64,000 nucleotides of DNA, from contig JABHLH010000019.1 of NCBI GenBank assembly GCA_018692925.1, positions 63,322-127,321 of the forward strand, in the 5' to 3' direction. The notes under the pieces are model-generated. The model searched no databases. It saw only the letters and a list, made by a program, of their open reading frames with translations, and was not told the origin of the DNA. This document shows positions 26,689 to 36,020 of the stretch, one piece after another. How positions within the stretch are numbered: position 1 is the stretch's first letter; every line of letters begins with the position of its first letter. A program made the position numbers and the translations under genes. This stretch comes from an archaeon. Its GTDB lineage: Archaea; Nanobdellota; Nanobdellia; SCGC-AAA011-G17; GW2011-AR17.

Positions 26689-28714
26689 GTTGTATAATAT
26701 AAGAAGTTATGTTAATGAAGAATTTGAATTCCCTAGTGGAAGCACTTTGTTGTGGGGGAACATTGGTTCAGGGAAGAGTAGTATACTATTAGGAATTGAT
26801 TTTGCTTTATTTGGTTTACAAAGAGGGAATCTTACTGGAGCCTCGTTATTAAGAAATGGTGCCGAACAAGGATTTGTAGAGCTTAGTTTTTCTATTGAAA
26901 ATAAAGATTATGTTATTATGAGAGCACTGAAGAGAAGTAAGACTAGTGTTGTACAAGATTTTGGTTATATTATTAAAGATGATATTAAAGAAGAGAAAAC
27001 AGCTATTGAATTAAAATCTGATATACTTAATTTATTAAGTTATCCAAAAGAATTATTGACAAAGAATAAAGCTTTGATTTTTAGATATACAGTTTATACC
27101 CCACAAGAGGAAATGAAAAATATCCTTTTAGGAAGTCAAGAAGATAGATTGGATACTTTGAGGAAAGTTTTTGCAGTTGATAAATATAAGAAAATAAAAG
27201 ATAATGCTAAGCTGATTTCTTCAAAAATAAAAGAAAAAAGAAAATACTATGAAGGTTTTGTTTCAGATTTTAGTGAGAAAGAATTGGAAAAAGAAGGATT
27301 GGTTCAAAATATTAAAAATGAAGATTTGAAGTTTAAAGAGTTAATTCCTAAAGTTGAGCTGTTTAAACAAGAAATTGAAAAGAAGAAATTAGAAGTTAAG
27401 ATAGTTGAAGAGAAAATTAGTGAAGAGAAAAAAAAGAAAAAAGAAATTGAATTGAAACAATTAGAATTGAAACATTTAGTAGTAGAAAAAAATAAAGATG
27501 GAGAAAAATTAGAATTTTTGATTAAAGAGATTGAAGAGCTGACATTAGAAAAGTTAGAATTAGATGAAAATATCCTTGAAAAGATAGATCAAAGAAATAT
27601 TTTACTAAAAGATAAAGAGAGAGAATTAAGATTAGTATTAAATAAAATTCAAGAATTAAAGACTAGGAAAATTCATTCTGAACATATTGGAAATAAAGTT
27701 TTGAAATTAAATAATTGTCCGACTTGTTTCCAAGAAGTTTCTCAAGAGTATAAACAAAAAGTAATTGATAAAAGTAACAAAGAAGTTGAGGAATATGATA
27801 AAGAACAGAATTTATTTGAAAGTAAACAAAAAAACTTTGATGAAGATATTTCTAAATTGAAAATGGAATTGGAAGAATTGAAAAAAAATGAAAGAGATTT
27901 GAAAATTATTAAAATGAAAATTCTAGAGAGAGATAAAAAAAATAAAGAATATACTGAGATAAAAGTTAGACTAGAAGGTGTAAAGGGTAAAATCGGAGAG
28001 ATTAATGTACATATTATGAGTTTACAAGAGAAAATTGGAGAAGATATAGAAGAGATTTATAATAAATTAAAACAAGATTTAGAAAACTTTGAGAAAAGTT
28101 ATAGAGAAGTAGATATAGAAAAACATAAAATAGAATCAATTTTACAACATTTGAACAAAAGATTAGAAGAAATAAGTCTAGAAATTGAAAAGAAAAAAGG
28201 AATTAAAGAGAAATTAGAAGATTTGAATAAAAAATTATTTTGGTTGAGTGACCACTTTATACCTTTAATGGATAAGATGGAAAAGAATATTTTGTTTAAA
28301 GTGCATTATGAATTTAATTCTTATTTTGAAAAATGGTTTAAGATTTTGATTGATAATGAAAATTTACAGATGAGATTAGATGAGAGTTATTCTCCTAAGA
28401 TTTTACAGAATGGATATGATATTGATTACATCTTTTTGTCTGGAGGTGAAAAAACTGCAGGAGCTCTAGCTTATAGATTAGCATTGAACCAAGTAGTAAA
28501 TAGTTTAAACTCTGGAATTAAGACTAGAGACTTGTTAATTTTAGATGAACCAACAGATGGTTTTAGTCAAGAACAGTTAGATAGATTGAAAATATTGATG
28601 GAAGAAATAAAAATCCCCCAAGTAATTATTGTTAGTCATGAGCCACAAATTGAATCTTTTGTTGATAATATAATAAGATTAGAAAAATCTGGACATGAGA
28701 CCAAGATTAGTTAA
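26669..28714 (+). CDS. rad50: DNA double-strand break repair ATPase Rad50 (short coiled-coil form)
   Basis: Walker A GNIGSGKSS, Zn-hook CPTC, signature LSGGEKTAGALAYRLAL, Walker B LLILDEPTDGF, H-loop VIIVSHE. Confidence 0.85.
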   Translation: MKLKKIKLYNIRSYVNEEFEFPSGSTLLWGNIGSGKSSILLGIDFALFGLQRGNLTGASLLRNGAEQGFVELSFSIENKDYVIMRALKRSKTSVVQDFGYIIKDDIKEEKTAIELKSDILNLLSYPKELLTKNKALIFRYTVYTPQEEMKNILLGSQEDRLDTLRKVFAVDKYKKIKDNAKLISSKIKEKRKYYEGFVSDFSEKELEKEGLVQNIKNEDLKFKELIPKVELFKQEIEKKKLEVKIVEEKISEEKKKKKEIELKQLELKHLVVEKNKDGEKLEFLIKEIEELTLEKLELDENILEKIDQRNILLKDKERELRLVLNKIQELKTRKIHSEHIGNKVLKLNNCPTCFQEVSQEYKQKVIDKSNKEVEEYDKEQNLFESKQKNFDEDISKLKMELEELKKNERDLKIIKMKILERDKKNKEYTEIKVRLEGVKGKIGEINVHIMSLQEKIGEDIEEIYNKLKQDLENFEKSYREVDIEKHKIESILQHLNKRLEEISLEIEKKKGIKEKLEDLNKKLFWLSDHFIPLMDKMEKNILFKVHYEFNSYFEKWFKILIDNENLQMRLDESYSPKILQNGYDIDYIFLSGGEKTAGALAYRLALNQVVNSLNSGIKTRDLLILDEPTDGFSQEQLDRLKILMEEIKIPQVIIVSHEPQIESFVDNIIRLEKSGHETKIS

Positions 28715-28756
28715 TTTAAGGTAAACCTTAAATATAGATAATAAAAAAGATATCTT

Positions 28757-29284
28757 ATGTTTGTAGAAATAAAGGACCAAAGAATTCCCCAATGGATAAA
28801 AGAAGGAAAAGTCTTCATATATCCAACTGATACAATTTATGGAATTGGTTGTAATGCTGATAATGAAATTTCAGTTAAAAGGATTAGAGAAATTAAAAAT
28901 AGTGAAAAACCGTTTTCAGTAATTGGTCCAAATAAAATATGGATTAAAGAGAATTGTGAATGTGGAAAAGAATTATTGAAATTACCTGGACCATATACAT
29001 TCATCTATAAAAGTAAATATCAATCTGAAGTGAATAAAGGATTTGAAACCTTAGGTGTTAGAATACCAGATCATAAGTTTAGTTCTTTGATAGAAAAAGC
29101 TAAGGTTCCTTTTGTAACAACAAGTGTAAATAAAACTGGAGAAGAACATATATATTCTATTAAAGATATTCCAAAATCTATTTTGAGTAAAGTGGATATT
29201 ATTATTGATGTAGGAAAAATAAAAGGTAAACCTTCAAAAATAATAGATTATAGTAAAAGTGAAAAAAAAGTAATAAGAGAGTAA
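28757..29284 (+). CDS. tsaC: L-threonylcarbamoyladenylate synthase TsaC/YrdC-domain protein
   Basis: IYPTDTIYGIGCNA...VKRIREIKNSEKPFSVI matches the YrdC/Sua5 N-terminal domain. Confidence 0.65.
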   Translation: MFVEIKDQRIPQWIKEGKVFIYPTDTIYGIGCNADNEISVKRIREIKNSEKPFSVIGPNKIWIKENCECGKELLKLPGPYTFIYKSKYQSEVNKGFETLGVRIPDHKFSSLIEKAKVPFVTTSVNKTGEEHIYSIKDIPKSILSKVDIIIDVGKIKGKPSKIIDYSKSEKKVIRE

Positions 29285-29340
29285 TATATATATCTAAACT
29301 TACAATAAATTATATAAAGAAAGTTACTATTTCTTATTTT

Positions 29341-30780
29341 ATGAAGAAAGGAATAGTTTTATTGGTGTTTTTTTTGCTGTCAATAGGAATTGTATCAGCA
29401 TATGGTGGTATTGGGATTGAAGAGATTAGTTCTACAACAATGATAGAACCAGGGCAAATTGCAGAGTATACTTTAACTATTGATAATTTAGGATCAAAAT
29501 ATTATCAATTGCAAGTTAGTGGAGATCAATACGCAGGATTACCTTCTTCATACTTTGAATATGTTTTTGTAGATCCAAATTATGTTGAGTTAAATGGACA
29601 AGAATCAGTTCAAGTTAATGTTACTATGTTACTGAAAGATGATGTAACAGTGAAAAAAAGGTATGAAACTTTTATTACAGTTACAGGAATAAATGAGGAG
29701 AGTATTTCTGAAAAATATTATATGCAAATTTTTGCAAAAGAACCTACAGAACCAATTAGTTTGTATATTGCAGAAGCAGCAGAGAGTGTTGCACCAAATA
29801 ATGATTTTGTTTTGAAATTAGGATTATTAAATAATATGAATGAAGATCTGAATAATATTGATGTTTTAGTTTCAAGTGAATTATTTGAAGATCAACAAAC
29901 AGTACAATTGTTTGATGAACAAGAGAGAGAAGTAGAATTTACTTTCCCTATTGACTCAAGTACAAGCCCAGGAAATTACACTTATAGTGTTAGAATATAT
30001 TATGATGATGAATTAAAAGCAACCACAACAGGAGAAATTGTTGTTGAAGAAAGTTTAGATGTTAGTGAAACTGTAAAAATTAGTGAAGACTTTTTGTATA
30101 AAGAGATTGTAATTACAATTGAAAATACTGGTAACCTGGAAGTTTCAAGTTCTTATGAATATCCTATGCCTTGGTATGAGAGATGGTTTGCAAGTTATAG
30201 TGTTGATGCAAATGTAGAAGATGGAGCAGCACAATGGACATTTAATATTGCACCTGAAGAAGATGTTGTAGTAGTTATTGATGTAGATTATAGACCTTTA
30301 ATAATTGGAATCATTGCTTTAATTTTAGCAGGAATAATTGCTTACTTTATGTTTACAAGAAGAGTTACAATAAATAAAAAAGTGTTTAAGATGAAATATA
30401 GTACAGATGGATTAACAGAATTTAAAGTTAAATTAAATGTTAGAAATCGAACAAGTAAAAAAATTAAAGATATTACTGTAGTTGATAGGTTGCCAAGAAT
30501 AATAAAACCAAACATGCAATTTGGAACTTTACATCCTTCTGGAGTTGAAAGAGCTGCAAAAGGTGTGAGGATGATGTGGAAGATTAATGAGTTAGTTCCT
30601 GGAGAAGAAAGGATAATTTCATATGATGTACAACCAAGAATGGGAGTAATTGGAAGATTAACTTTACCTGCTGCTATGGGTAAATTTAAGAATATAAGGA
30701 ACAGAGTAACCAAAATTAGATCAAATAGTCCATTTGTTTATTCAGGTGTACCTGATGATAGAAAGAAAAAGAAAAGGTAA
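29341..30780 (+). CDS. secreted/surface protein with N-terminal signal peptide and C-terminal TM anchor
   Basis: Signal peptide MKKGIVLLVFFLLSIGIVSA. C-terminal TM (IIGIIALILAGIIAYFMF) followed by a basic tail ending RKKKKR. Confidence 0.45.
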   Translation: MKKGIVLLVFFLLSIGIVSAYGGIGIEEISSTTMIEPGQIAEYTLTIDNLGSKYYQLQVSGDQYAGLPSSYFEYVFVDPNYVELNGQESVQVNVTMLLKDDVTVKKRYETFITVTGINEESISEKYYMQIFAKEPTEPISLYIAEAAESVAPNNDFVLKLGLLNNMNEDLNNIDVLVSSELFEDQQTVQLFDEQEREVEFTFPIDSSTSPGNYTYSVRIYYDDELKATTTGEIVVEESLDVSETVKISEDFLYKEIVITIENTGNLEVSSSYEYPMPWYERWFASYSVDANVEDGAAQWTFNIAPEEDVVVVIDVDYRPLIIGIIALILAGIIAYFMFTRRVTINKKVFKMKYSTDGLTEFKVKLNVRNRTSKKIKDITVVDRLPRIIKPNMQFGTLHPSGVERAAKGVRMMWKINELVPGEERIISYDVQPRMGVIGRLTLPAAMGKFKNIRNRVTKIRSNSPFVYSGVPDDRKKKKR

Positions 30781-30815
30781 ACCTTATAAAGAAATTCTTT
30801 TTTTAACAGCATATA

Positions 30816-30941
30816 CCCTGTCTGGCTCAACGGTAGAGCACTCGGCTGTAGATCAATTCGCCCTTTGACGGTGCAAATGCACAGAATGAAAATGGGAGAG
30901 CCGTACCCGAGCGGTTCCTGGTTCAAATCCGGGGGCAGGGA
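30816..30941 (+). tRNA. tRNA-Tyr (GUA) with a 54-nt canonical-position intron
   Basis: Acceptor CCCTGTC/GGCAGGG with C1:G72, the archaeal/eukaryal Tyr identity pair. D-arm GCTC/GAGC. Anticodon stem CTCGG, loop CUGUAG, intron, then CCGAG. T-arm CCTGG-TTCAAAT-CCGGG. Discriminator A. Intron is about 30852-30905. Confidence 0.7.
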
Positions 30942-30951
30942 TTTTATATTT

Positions 30952-31290
30952 CTAAAGCATTTTCAAATTCCCTGTAAGAGAATCTATTTTTTCTTCATCA
31001 TCAGGACCAATACCTAAACAAGTAATTGTTGGCCTTTTGAAAAAAGTTTTTCCTGCATCTCTAATTAGACCAGTAACTAAACCTAAAGATTTTGCATCAA
31101 TAAGAAATTTTTTTAGTTCTTTTAAATCTGAAACTTTCAAAACAACTTTCTTCATTCCTTCTTCTTTCCAATCATGAATTGTTTTTTTTGAAGAATTTAA
31201 AGTAGCTTCAACAGAAGCATGTGCAACTTGAACTGACAATTTTCCTTTGTCCATTTTCAAATCTTGTCGAACTAAAATAACTTGTTTCAT
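30952..31290 (-). CDS. pth2: peptidyl-tRNA hydrolase Pth2
   Basis: MKQVILVRQDLKMDKGKLSVQVAHASV...DAGKT...TCLGIGP matches Pth2. The track ORF extends to 31353 but that start is a TTG and adds a hydrophobic 21 aa; the ATG at 31288-31290 is preceded by a TATA at the right distance. Confidence 0.8.
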   Translation of the reverse strand: MKQVILVRQDLKMDKGKLSVQVAHASVEATLNSSKKTIHDWKEEGMKKVVLKVSDLKELKKFLIDAKSLGLVTGLIRDAGKTFFKRPTITCLGIGPDDEEKIDSLTGNLKML

Positions 31291-31380
31291 AAAAGTTAAG
31301 AAGAATATCGAATATATAAGTTTTTGCAAAACCTTTATATTATATATAATCAATGTAATATATAATTTTAAAAAGGAGAA

Positions 31381-33525
31381 GTGAAAAAAATGAAAAAAAT
31401 TTTTGTTCTTACTATGTTTATAGTATTATTAACAGCAACAGCCGCAAGCGCAAATGTCTGGGATTCATTGACAGATGGATTTGAATTTATGACAGGAGCA
31501 TCTATAGGAGTTATGGAAGGAGAGGAAGAACCTGCACCTGAGCCAGAGCCAGAACCAGAACCAGAGCCTGTTCAAGAGCCAGAACCTGAGCAAGAACCTG
31601 AACCAGACCAAAGTGGAGATGATGGAAATCAAGAACCTACAGATAATGGAAATCAAGAACCTACAGATGATGGAAATCAGCAACCTGGAGATGAAGGAAC
31701 AAGTGGTGGATCTGATGATGGAAATCAACAACCTGGAGATAGTGGATCAAGTGGTGGATCTAATGATGGTGGAAATGAAGAACCTTATTATCCCTCTTAT
31801 GTTTGTGGAGATGGAATCTGTGAATCTGGAGAATCTGATTGTCATGATGACTGTGGTGGAGGAGGCTACGATGATGGCGGAAACTACCCAAATGATGGTG
31901 GACAAGAAGGAGATTATTGTGGAGATGGATATTGTAAAGAACACGAAAAAGGCTGGTGTCAAGAAGATTGTAGTGGTCAACAAGGTGGAGAATCTTATGG
32001 TCAATGTGGTGATGGATTTTGTGATAAAAATGAAAAAGAATCAGGACAATGTCATGATGACTGTGATCCAAATAAAGGAAGACCACGAAGAGAAGCTGGA
32101 GCACAAATTAGAGGACCAAGTTATGCACCAGATGTATTCACTGAAGATTTATTAGAACAATATGGAGAAGGTTGGTGTAAGGATGGTCAATGTTGTCCAG
32201 ATAATATTTGTGATGAATTCGAACAAAGAACAAATGGTTGCCCTTATGATTGTGGCCAAGAAGAATATGGAGATGATTATGGATCTGTTTGTTTAGATGA
32301 AAGTTCTTTAGAAACAAAAAAAGATGAATGTTTTGCAAATGGTGGAGATCCAAGAACTGATCAAGCAGGAGATTGTTATTATGTTAAGTGTAGTTTTGGT
32401 GGACCAGGTGGAAATGGAGGACCAGGACATGGATATGCTTATGGTGATGATATTCGAGGACAAAAAGATCAATGTGCAAGTATGGGATTAGAAGCAGATG
32501 TTAGACCTGGAATGAATGGACCTGTAGTTGAATGTGTACCTTATGGTCAAGCTAGAAATGGAATGATCGATCAAGAAATTGATGCAGCAGAAGCTTTAAA
32601 ATTAGTTCTTAAGTTAGAAGAGATTTCTATAAAGATTAGTGAAGATGGACCTTTGTACACAAAAATATCTGATTTGAAAAATTACTATGAATCAAATGGT
32701 GAAGAAGGAGATTCAGATAGATTTGCAAATGCTTTAGAATATATGACTGAAGGACAACAAGCAATTGAAACTTTAAAAGAAAATATGAAAGAATCAATTG
32801 AAAGTGATGGTAAACTTACAGTTGAATCACTTTATTCATTTAAGTCAATGGCTAGAGATATTGTTGAAGGAGTATTCAATAAAATAACTTATGCAATGCT
32901 TGGAGTGGATATCGATGCAGTAACAGTTGAAGTTACAGCAGAAGATTGTGGAGATGATGATTTTTGTTTTGAAGAAAAATATCATACATGTACTGTAGGT
33001 TCAAGTTTTAGTCCAGACGAATTCATAACAATAAGTATTGTAGATCAAAATGATGCAGGACAATGTACAATAGATTTAGACTTTGAAACAGGTGATCAAA
33101 TATCTTGTCTTTTTGAAATTACTGACTACAAATATAGACCTTTATCAAAAGAAACATTTGATAGTGTATGTGGTGAAGAGTTTAGAAATTTAATGGAGAA
33201 ATTTGATTCAGAGAGAACAGAGGGACCAAATGGACCTGGAGGACCAGGAGAACATAGTCAATGTGGTGATGGAATCTGTGATGACGATGAACTTGGATAC
33301 TGTTATGAAGACTGTGATTCAGCATACAATGAGTATGATGAATATGAAGAGTATGATAACTACGAAGAATACGATAACTACGAAGTTGATTATGATGTAG
33401 AATATAGTGATGATGTAGTTGTAGATGATACAGTAGAAGAAACAACAGAAGAAGTTGTTGAGGAAACTGTAGAAGAGACAGAAGAAGTTGTTGAGGAAAC
33501 TGTAGAAGAAGAGGTGGTAGTATAA
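31381..33525 (+). CDS. secreted acidic cysteine-repeat protein (CGDG-x-C...C-x2-DC repeats)
   Basis: Signal peptide, an (EP)n linker, DGNQEPTD repeats, and at least 6 copies of C-G-D-G-x-C-x3-E-x2-4-C-x2-D-C (e.g. VCGDGICESGESDCHDDC). Acidic tail YDEYEEYDNYEEYDNYE. SD GGAGA upstream. Confidence 0.5.
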   Translation: MKKMKKIFVLTMFIVLLTATAASANVWDSLTDGFEFMTGASIGVMEGEEEPAPEPEPEPEPEPVQEPEPEQEPEPDQSGDDGNQEPTDNGNQEPTDDGNQQPGDEGTSGGSDDGNQQPGDSGSSGGSNDGGNEEPYYPSYVCGDGICESGESDCHDDCGGGGYDDGGNYPNDGGQEGDYCGDGYCKEHEKGWCQEDCSGQQGGESYGQCGDGFCDKNEKESGQCHDDCDPNKGRPRREAGAQIRGPSYAPDVFTEDLLEQYGEGWCKDGQCCPDNICDEFEQRTNGCPYDCGQEEYGDDYGSVCLDESSLETKKDECFANGGDPRTDQAGDCYYVKCSFGGPGGNGGPGHGYAYGDDIRGQKDQCASMGLEADVRPGMNGPVVECVPYGQARNGMIDQEIDAAEALKLVLKLEEISIKISEDGPLYTKISDLKNYYESNGEEGDSDRFANALEYMTEGQQAIETLKENMKESIESDGKLTVESLYSFKSMARDIVEGVFNKITYAMLGVDIDAVTVEVTAEDCGDDDFCFEEKYHTCTVGSSFSPDEFITISIVDQNDAGQCTIDLDFETGDQISCLFEITDYKYRPLSKETFDSVCGEEFRNLMEKFDSERTEGPNGPGGPGEHSQCGDGICDDDELGYCYEDCDSAYNEYDEYEEYDNYEEYDNYEVDYDVEYSDDVVVDDTVEETTEEVVEETVEETEEVVEETVEEEVVV
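31522..31611 (+). repeat. hexanucleotide (GARCCA)n tandem repeat encoding an (EP)n linker
   Basis: gagccagagccagaaccagaaccagagcct... inside the 31381 CDS. Confidence 0.7.
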
Positions 33526-33526
33526 A

Positions 33527-33721
33527 ATGAATAAAAAAATTATGGCAATAGTTTGTATCTTATGTCTGTTATTAGTATTAACAGGTTGTAGTACAACAAG
33601 TATAGAGTCAGATGAAGAAGCTGTAGAAGATATAAGTGATATTAATGATGAGATTGCAGAGATTACAGATGATCTAAATGAGCTAAGTGATGATTTAGGT
33701 TCTGAAGAAAACGCAGCATAA
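33527..33721 (+). CDS. small acidic lipoprotein-like protein
   Basis: Lipobox-like LTGC after a signal peptide. Very acidic mature part. Confidence 0.4.
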   Translation: MNKKIMAIVCILCLLLVLTGCSTTSIESDEEAVEDISDINDEIAEITDDLNELSDDLGSEENAA

Positions 33722-33730
33722 ATTTTTTCT

Positions 33731-33759
33731 TTTTTTTATTTTAAATGAAATTCTACAAT
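33731..33759 (+). repeat. 29-nt direct repeat copy 1 (TTTTTTTATTTTAAATGAAATTCTACAAT)
   Basis: Identical to 34295-34323, which covers the 3' end of the DRG GTPase gene. Flanks the duplicated lipoprotein gene. Confidence 0.7.
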
Positions 33760-33825
33760 AGGTGTTTTTATAAAATCCTTTTACTCCTAAAATATTAAAT
33801 ATTATTTAAAAAAGGAGGAAAAAAT

Positions 33826-34281
33826 ATGAAAAGAATATTATTAGTAATAATGGTTCTAAGTTTGTTAGTTGTAGTAGGATGTGCAACTGAAGAAGGAACT
33901 GTTTGTTTTACAGAAGAAGAATTAGAAGAAATGAATACAGCATTAACTGAAGTTACTGGTGAAGAAGATTCTGAAATACAATATGCTCCAGGAGCAACTG
34001 AAGATAGAAAAGGAATCATTATGAATCGTGTTAGGTCTGTAAATACTTTTTTTGCTACATATGAAGGAGATTTAGAAGAAATTAGAGTACATACTATTAG
34101 AGTCATAACAAGAGAAGAAGGTAGTGAACAATTAGAGACCATAGAAGATGGAGTAGATCCAGATACTGAAGAATCTCAATCAGAAAGTGAAACAGATAGT
34201 GAATCAGATGATGGAGAAGAAGAAGAAGAAGAAGAAGAAGAAGAGGATGATGATGAAGGTGAAGAAGGGGGTACAGGTTAA
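33826..34281 (+). CDS. acidic lipoprotein-like protein, paralog of 33527 gene
   Basis: Signal peptide plus VVGCA lipobox. Poly-Glu tail. SD AGGAGG upstream. Flanked by 29-nt direct repeats. Confidence 0.45.
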   Translation: MKRILLVIMVLSLLVVVGCATEEGTVCFTEEELEEMNTALTEVTGEEDSEIQYAPGATEDRKGIIMNRVRSVNTFFATYEGDLEEIRVHTIRVITREEGSEQLETIEDGVDPDTEESQSESETDSESDDGEEEEEEEEEEDDDEGEEGGTG

Positions 34282-34294
34282 ATCTTTTTCTTTA

Positions 34295-34323
34295 TTTTTT
34301 TATTTTAAATGAAATTCTACAAT
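34295..34323 (+). repeat. 29-nt direct repeat copy 2
   Basis: Exact match to 33731-33759. Its reverse complement encodes IVEFHLK-stop of the DRG GTPase. Confidence 0.7.
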
Positions 34324-35406
34324 GTCATCATCTTCTAAACTATGTTCAAGCCCAACTTTTTGTCCATCATGTTTAGCACCCTTACCCCAAACTCTTGCAT
34401 ATCTAAATTTTAAATAGAAATCCTTGTGAATAGTAATAGCTAATACTTTTATATTGTCGCCTTTATGTAAAGCAACAGGAGGCCAATCTTTTTCTTTACC
34501 AGGAGTTTTTGTAAATACTTTTATCAAACCTAAGCTATCAAAAAGTAGCTTCTTTAAGTCCTCAATACCTTCTCCAGTTTTAGCAGAAAAACCTTTTCCT
34601 TTAAGATCTGATTTATTATGAATAATAAGTAAAGGTAAGAAAACTAAAGATTCGTTAAGAACATCAGCAAGATCTTCAAGAGTAACTTTTTCATAAGCTG
34701 TAATAACTGCATTATGATAGCCATGAGATTGTAACATCTTTGTAGCAGCTCTTACAGGAAATTTAAAATATTTTTTACCTAAAAATTCAATACCACCTTG
34801 ACCTTGTTTTTTAATTTTGATTTTAGGTTTGGCAGCATTTAATCTTATTTGTGCTTTTTCAAATTCATCATATAAAAGAGCTAATTGTTCTTTTTCATCT
34901 TGAGTATTATCAATTACGAAAACAATAAGTTCGGCACTTCGCATTGCACTAAAATATGCAGGACCATCTCCTTTGTAAGCATAGCCTTCAAAAATTGCAG
35001 GCATCTCAACAATTTGAATTCCAACACCTTTGTAATCCATAATCCCAAATTCTGGTTTTACAGTTGTATATTTATAATCAGCAACAGTAGGTTTTGCATT
35101 TGTTAAAGCATTAATTATAGAAGATTTTCCAGCATTAGTTACAGAAGCTAAAATAACTTGAGCAGCTCCTTCTTTTTTTATTGTTAAATGTTTACCTCTC
35201 CCTTTAGAAGTTTGTCTATTTTTTTCAATTTGTGATCTTAATTTAGAAAGTTTTTGTTTAATTTGTGCTCTTAAATTTTCAGAACCTTTATGATTTGGAG
35301 CAGTTTTAAGCATTTCTTCTAAACCAGCTATTTTTTCAGGAATAGTACTAGCTTCATGATATTGTTTTTCTGCTTTGAAAAATTCTGGTTTTGCATTAAT
35401 TGGCAT
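34300..35406 (-). CDS. DRG/Rbg1-family (Obg-like) GTPase with C-terminal TGS domain
   Basis: G1 SVTNAGKSS, TVKPEFG (G2/T), DRG-type N-terminal helix (AGLEEMLK...LRAQIKQKLSKLR), TGS-like C-terminus. Confidence 0.75.
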   Translation of the reverse strand: MPINAKPEFFKAEKQYHEASTIPEKIAGLEEMLKTAPNHKGSENLRAQIKQKLSKLRSQIEKNRQTSKGRGKHLTIKKEGAAQVILASVTNAGKSSIINALTNAKPTVADYKYTTVKPEFGIMDYKGVGIQIVEMPAIFEGYAYKGDGPAYFSAMRSAELIVFVIDNTQDEKEQLALLYDEFEKAQIRLNAAKPKIKIKKQGQGGIEFLGKKYFKFPVRAATKMLQSHGYHNAVITAYEKVTLEDLADVLNESLVFLPLLIIHNKSDLKGKGFSAKTGEGIEDLKKLLFDSLGLIKVFTKTPGKEKDWPPVALHKGDNIKVLAITIHKDFYLKFRYARVWGKGAKHDGQKVGLEHSLEDDDIVEFHLK

Positions 35407-35480
35407 AGATATTGTTAAAATTTTAAGCTTTTTAAAGATTTACCAAAGATTTTTAAAGAAATTACATATATTATAAGATA

Positions 35481-36008
35481 ATGATAAGTTTAGAATATCC
35501 TGATTTACTTACAAATATTGTTGCAAGCTTATTAGTAATTGCATTTAGTATAGTTATTGGAAATATTCTTTCTATTCTAAGCAAAAAATTATTGGAAAGT
35601 TTTGAAGTTGAAAGATTGTTAAAAAAGATAAATTTTCAATTTCCAGTAGAAGAAACTCTAAGTTTAATTGTAAGATATTTAATCTATCTTGGAGGATTAG
35701 TTTTAGGTTTAGCATTCTTAGGATTAGGAGAAATTGTATTAATTGGAATTCTAATTGGATTGATTGTAATACTAGTTATATTCATCTTGGCATCATTTAA
35801 AGATTTAATACCTAATCTTGTAGCAGGATTATTAATTTATTTTAAGAAGAAAATAAGAAAAAATGAATATATTAGCTTTGAACAAGCAGAAGGGAAAGTT
35901 ACAAAGATTAATTTACTAGATACAAGATTGAAAATGAAAGATGGAGATGTTGTAATCGTTCCAAATACACTTATTCAAAAAAGCAAAATAGTTAAAAAGA
36001 AGAAATAA
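35481..36008 (+). CDS. mini MscS-like mechanosensitive channel protein
   Basis: TM helices, then an MscS beta-domain hallmark: EGKVTKINLLDTRLKMKDGDVVIVPNTLIQKSKIV (G.V..I.L..T.L...DG..V.IPN..L....I.N). Confidence 0.5.
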   Translation: MISLEYPDLLTNIVASLLVIAFSIVIGNILSILSKKLLESFEVERLLKKINFQFPVEETLSLIVRYLIYLGGLVLGLAFLGLGEIVLIGILIGLIVILVIFILASFKDLIPNLVAGLLIYFKKKIRKNEYISFEQAEGKVTKINLLDTRLKMKDGDVVIVPNTLIQKSKIVKKKK

Positions 36009-36020
36009 GTTTTAGTTCTT

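Noticed and set aside
30952-31353. Longer Pth2 ORF with a 21-aa hydrophobic N-terminal extension.
   Set aside because: The extended start codon is TTG (31351-31353 reads caa on the plus strand). The ATG at 31288-31290 gives the canonical MKQVILVRQDLKM start, and a TATA lies 25 nt upstream of it.
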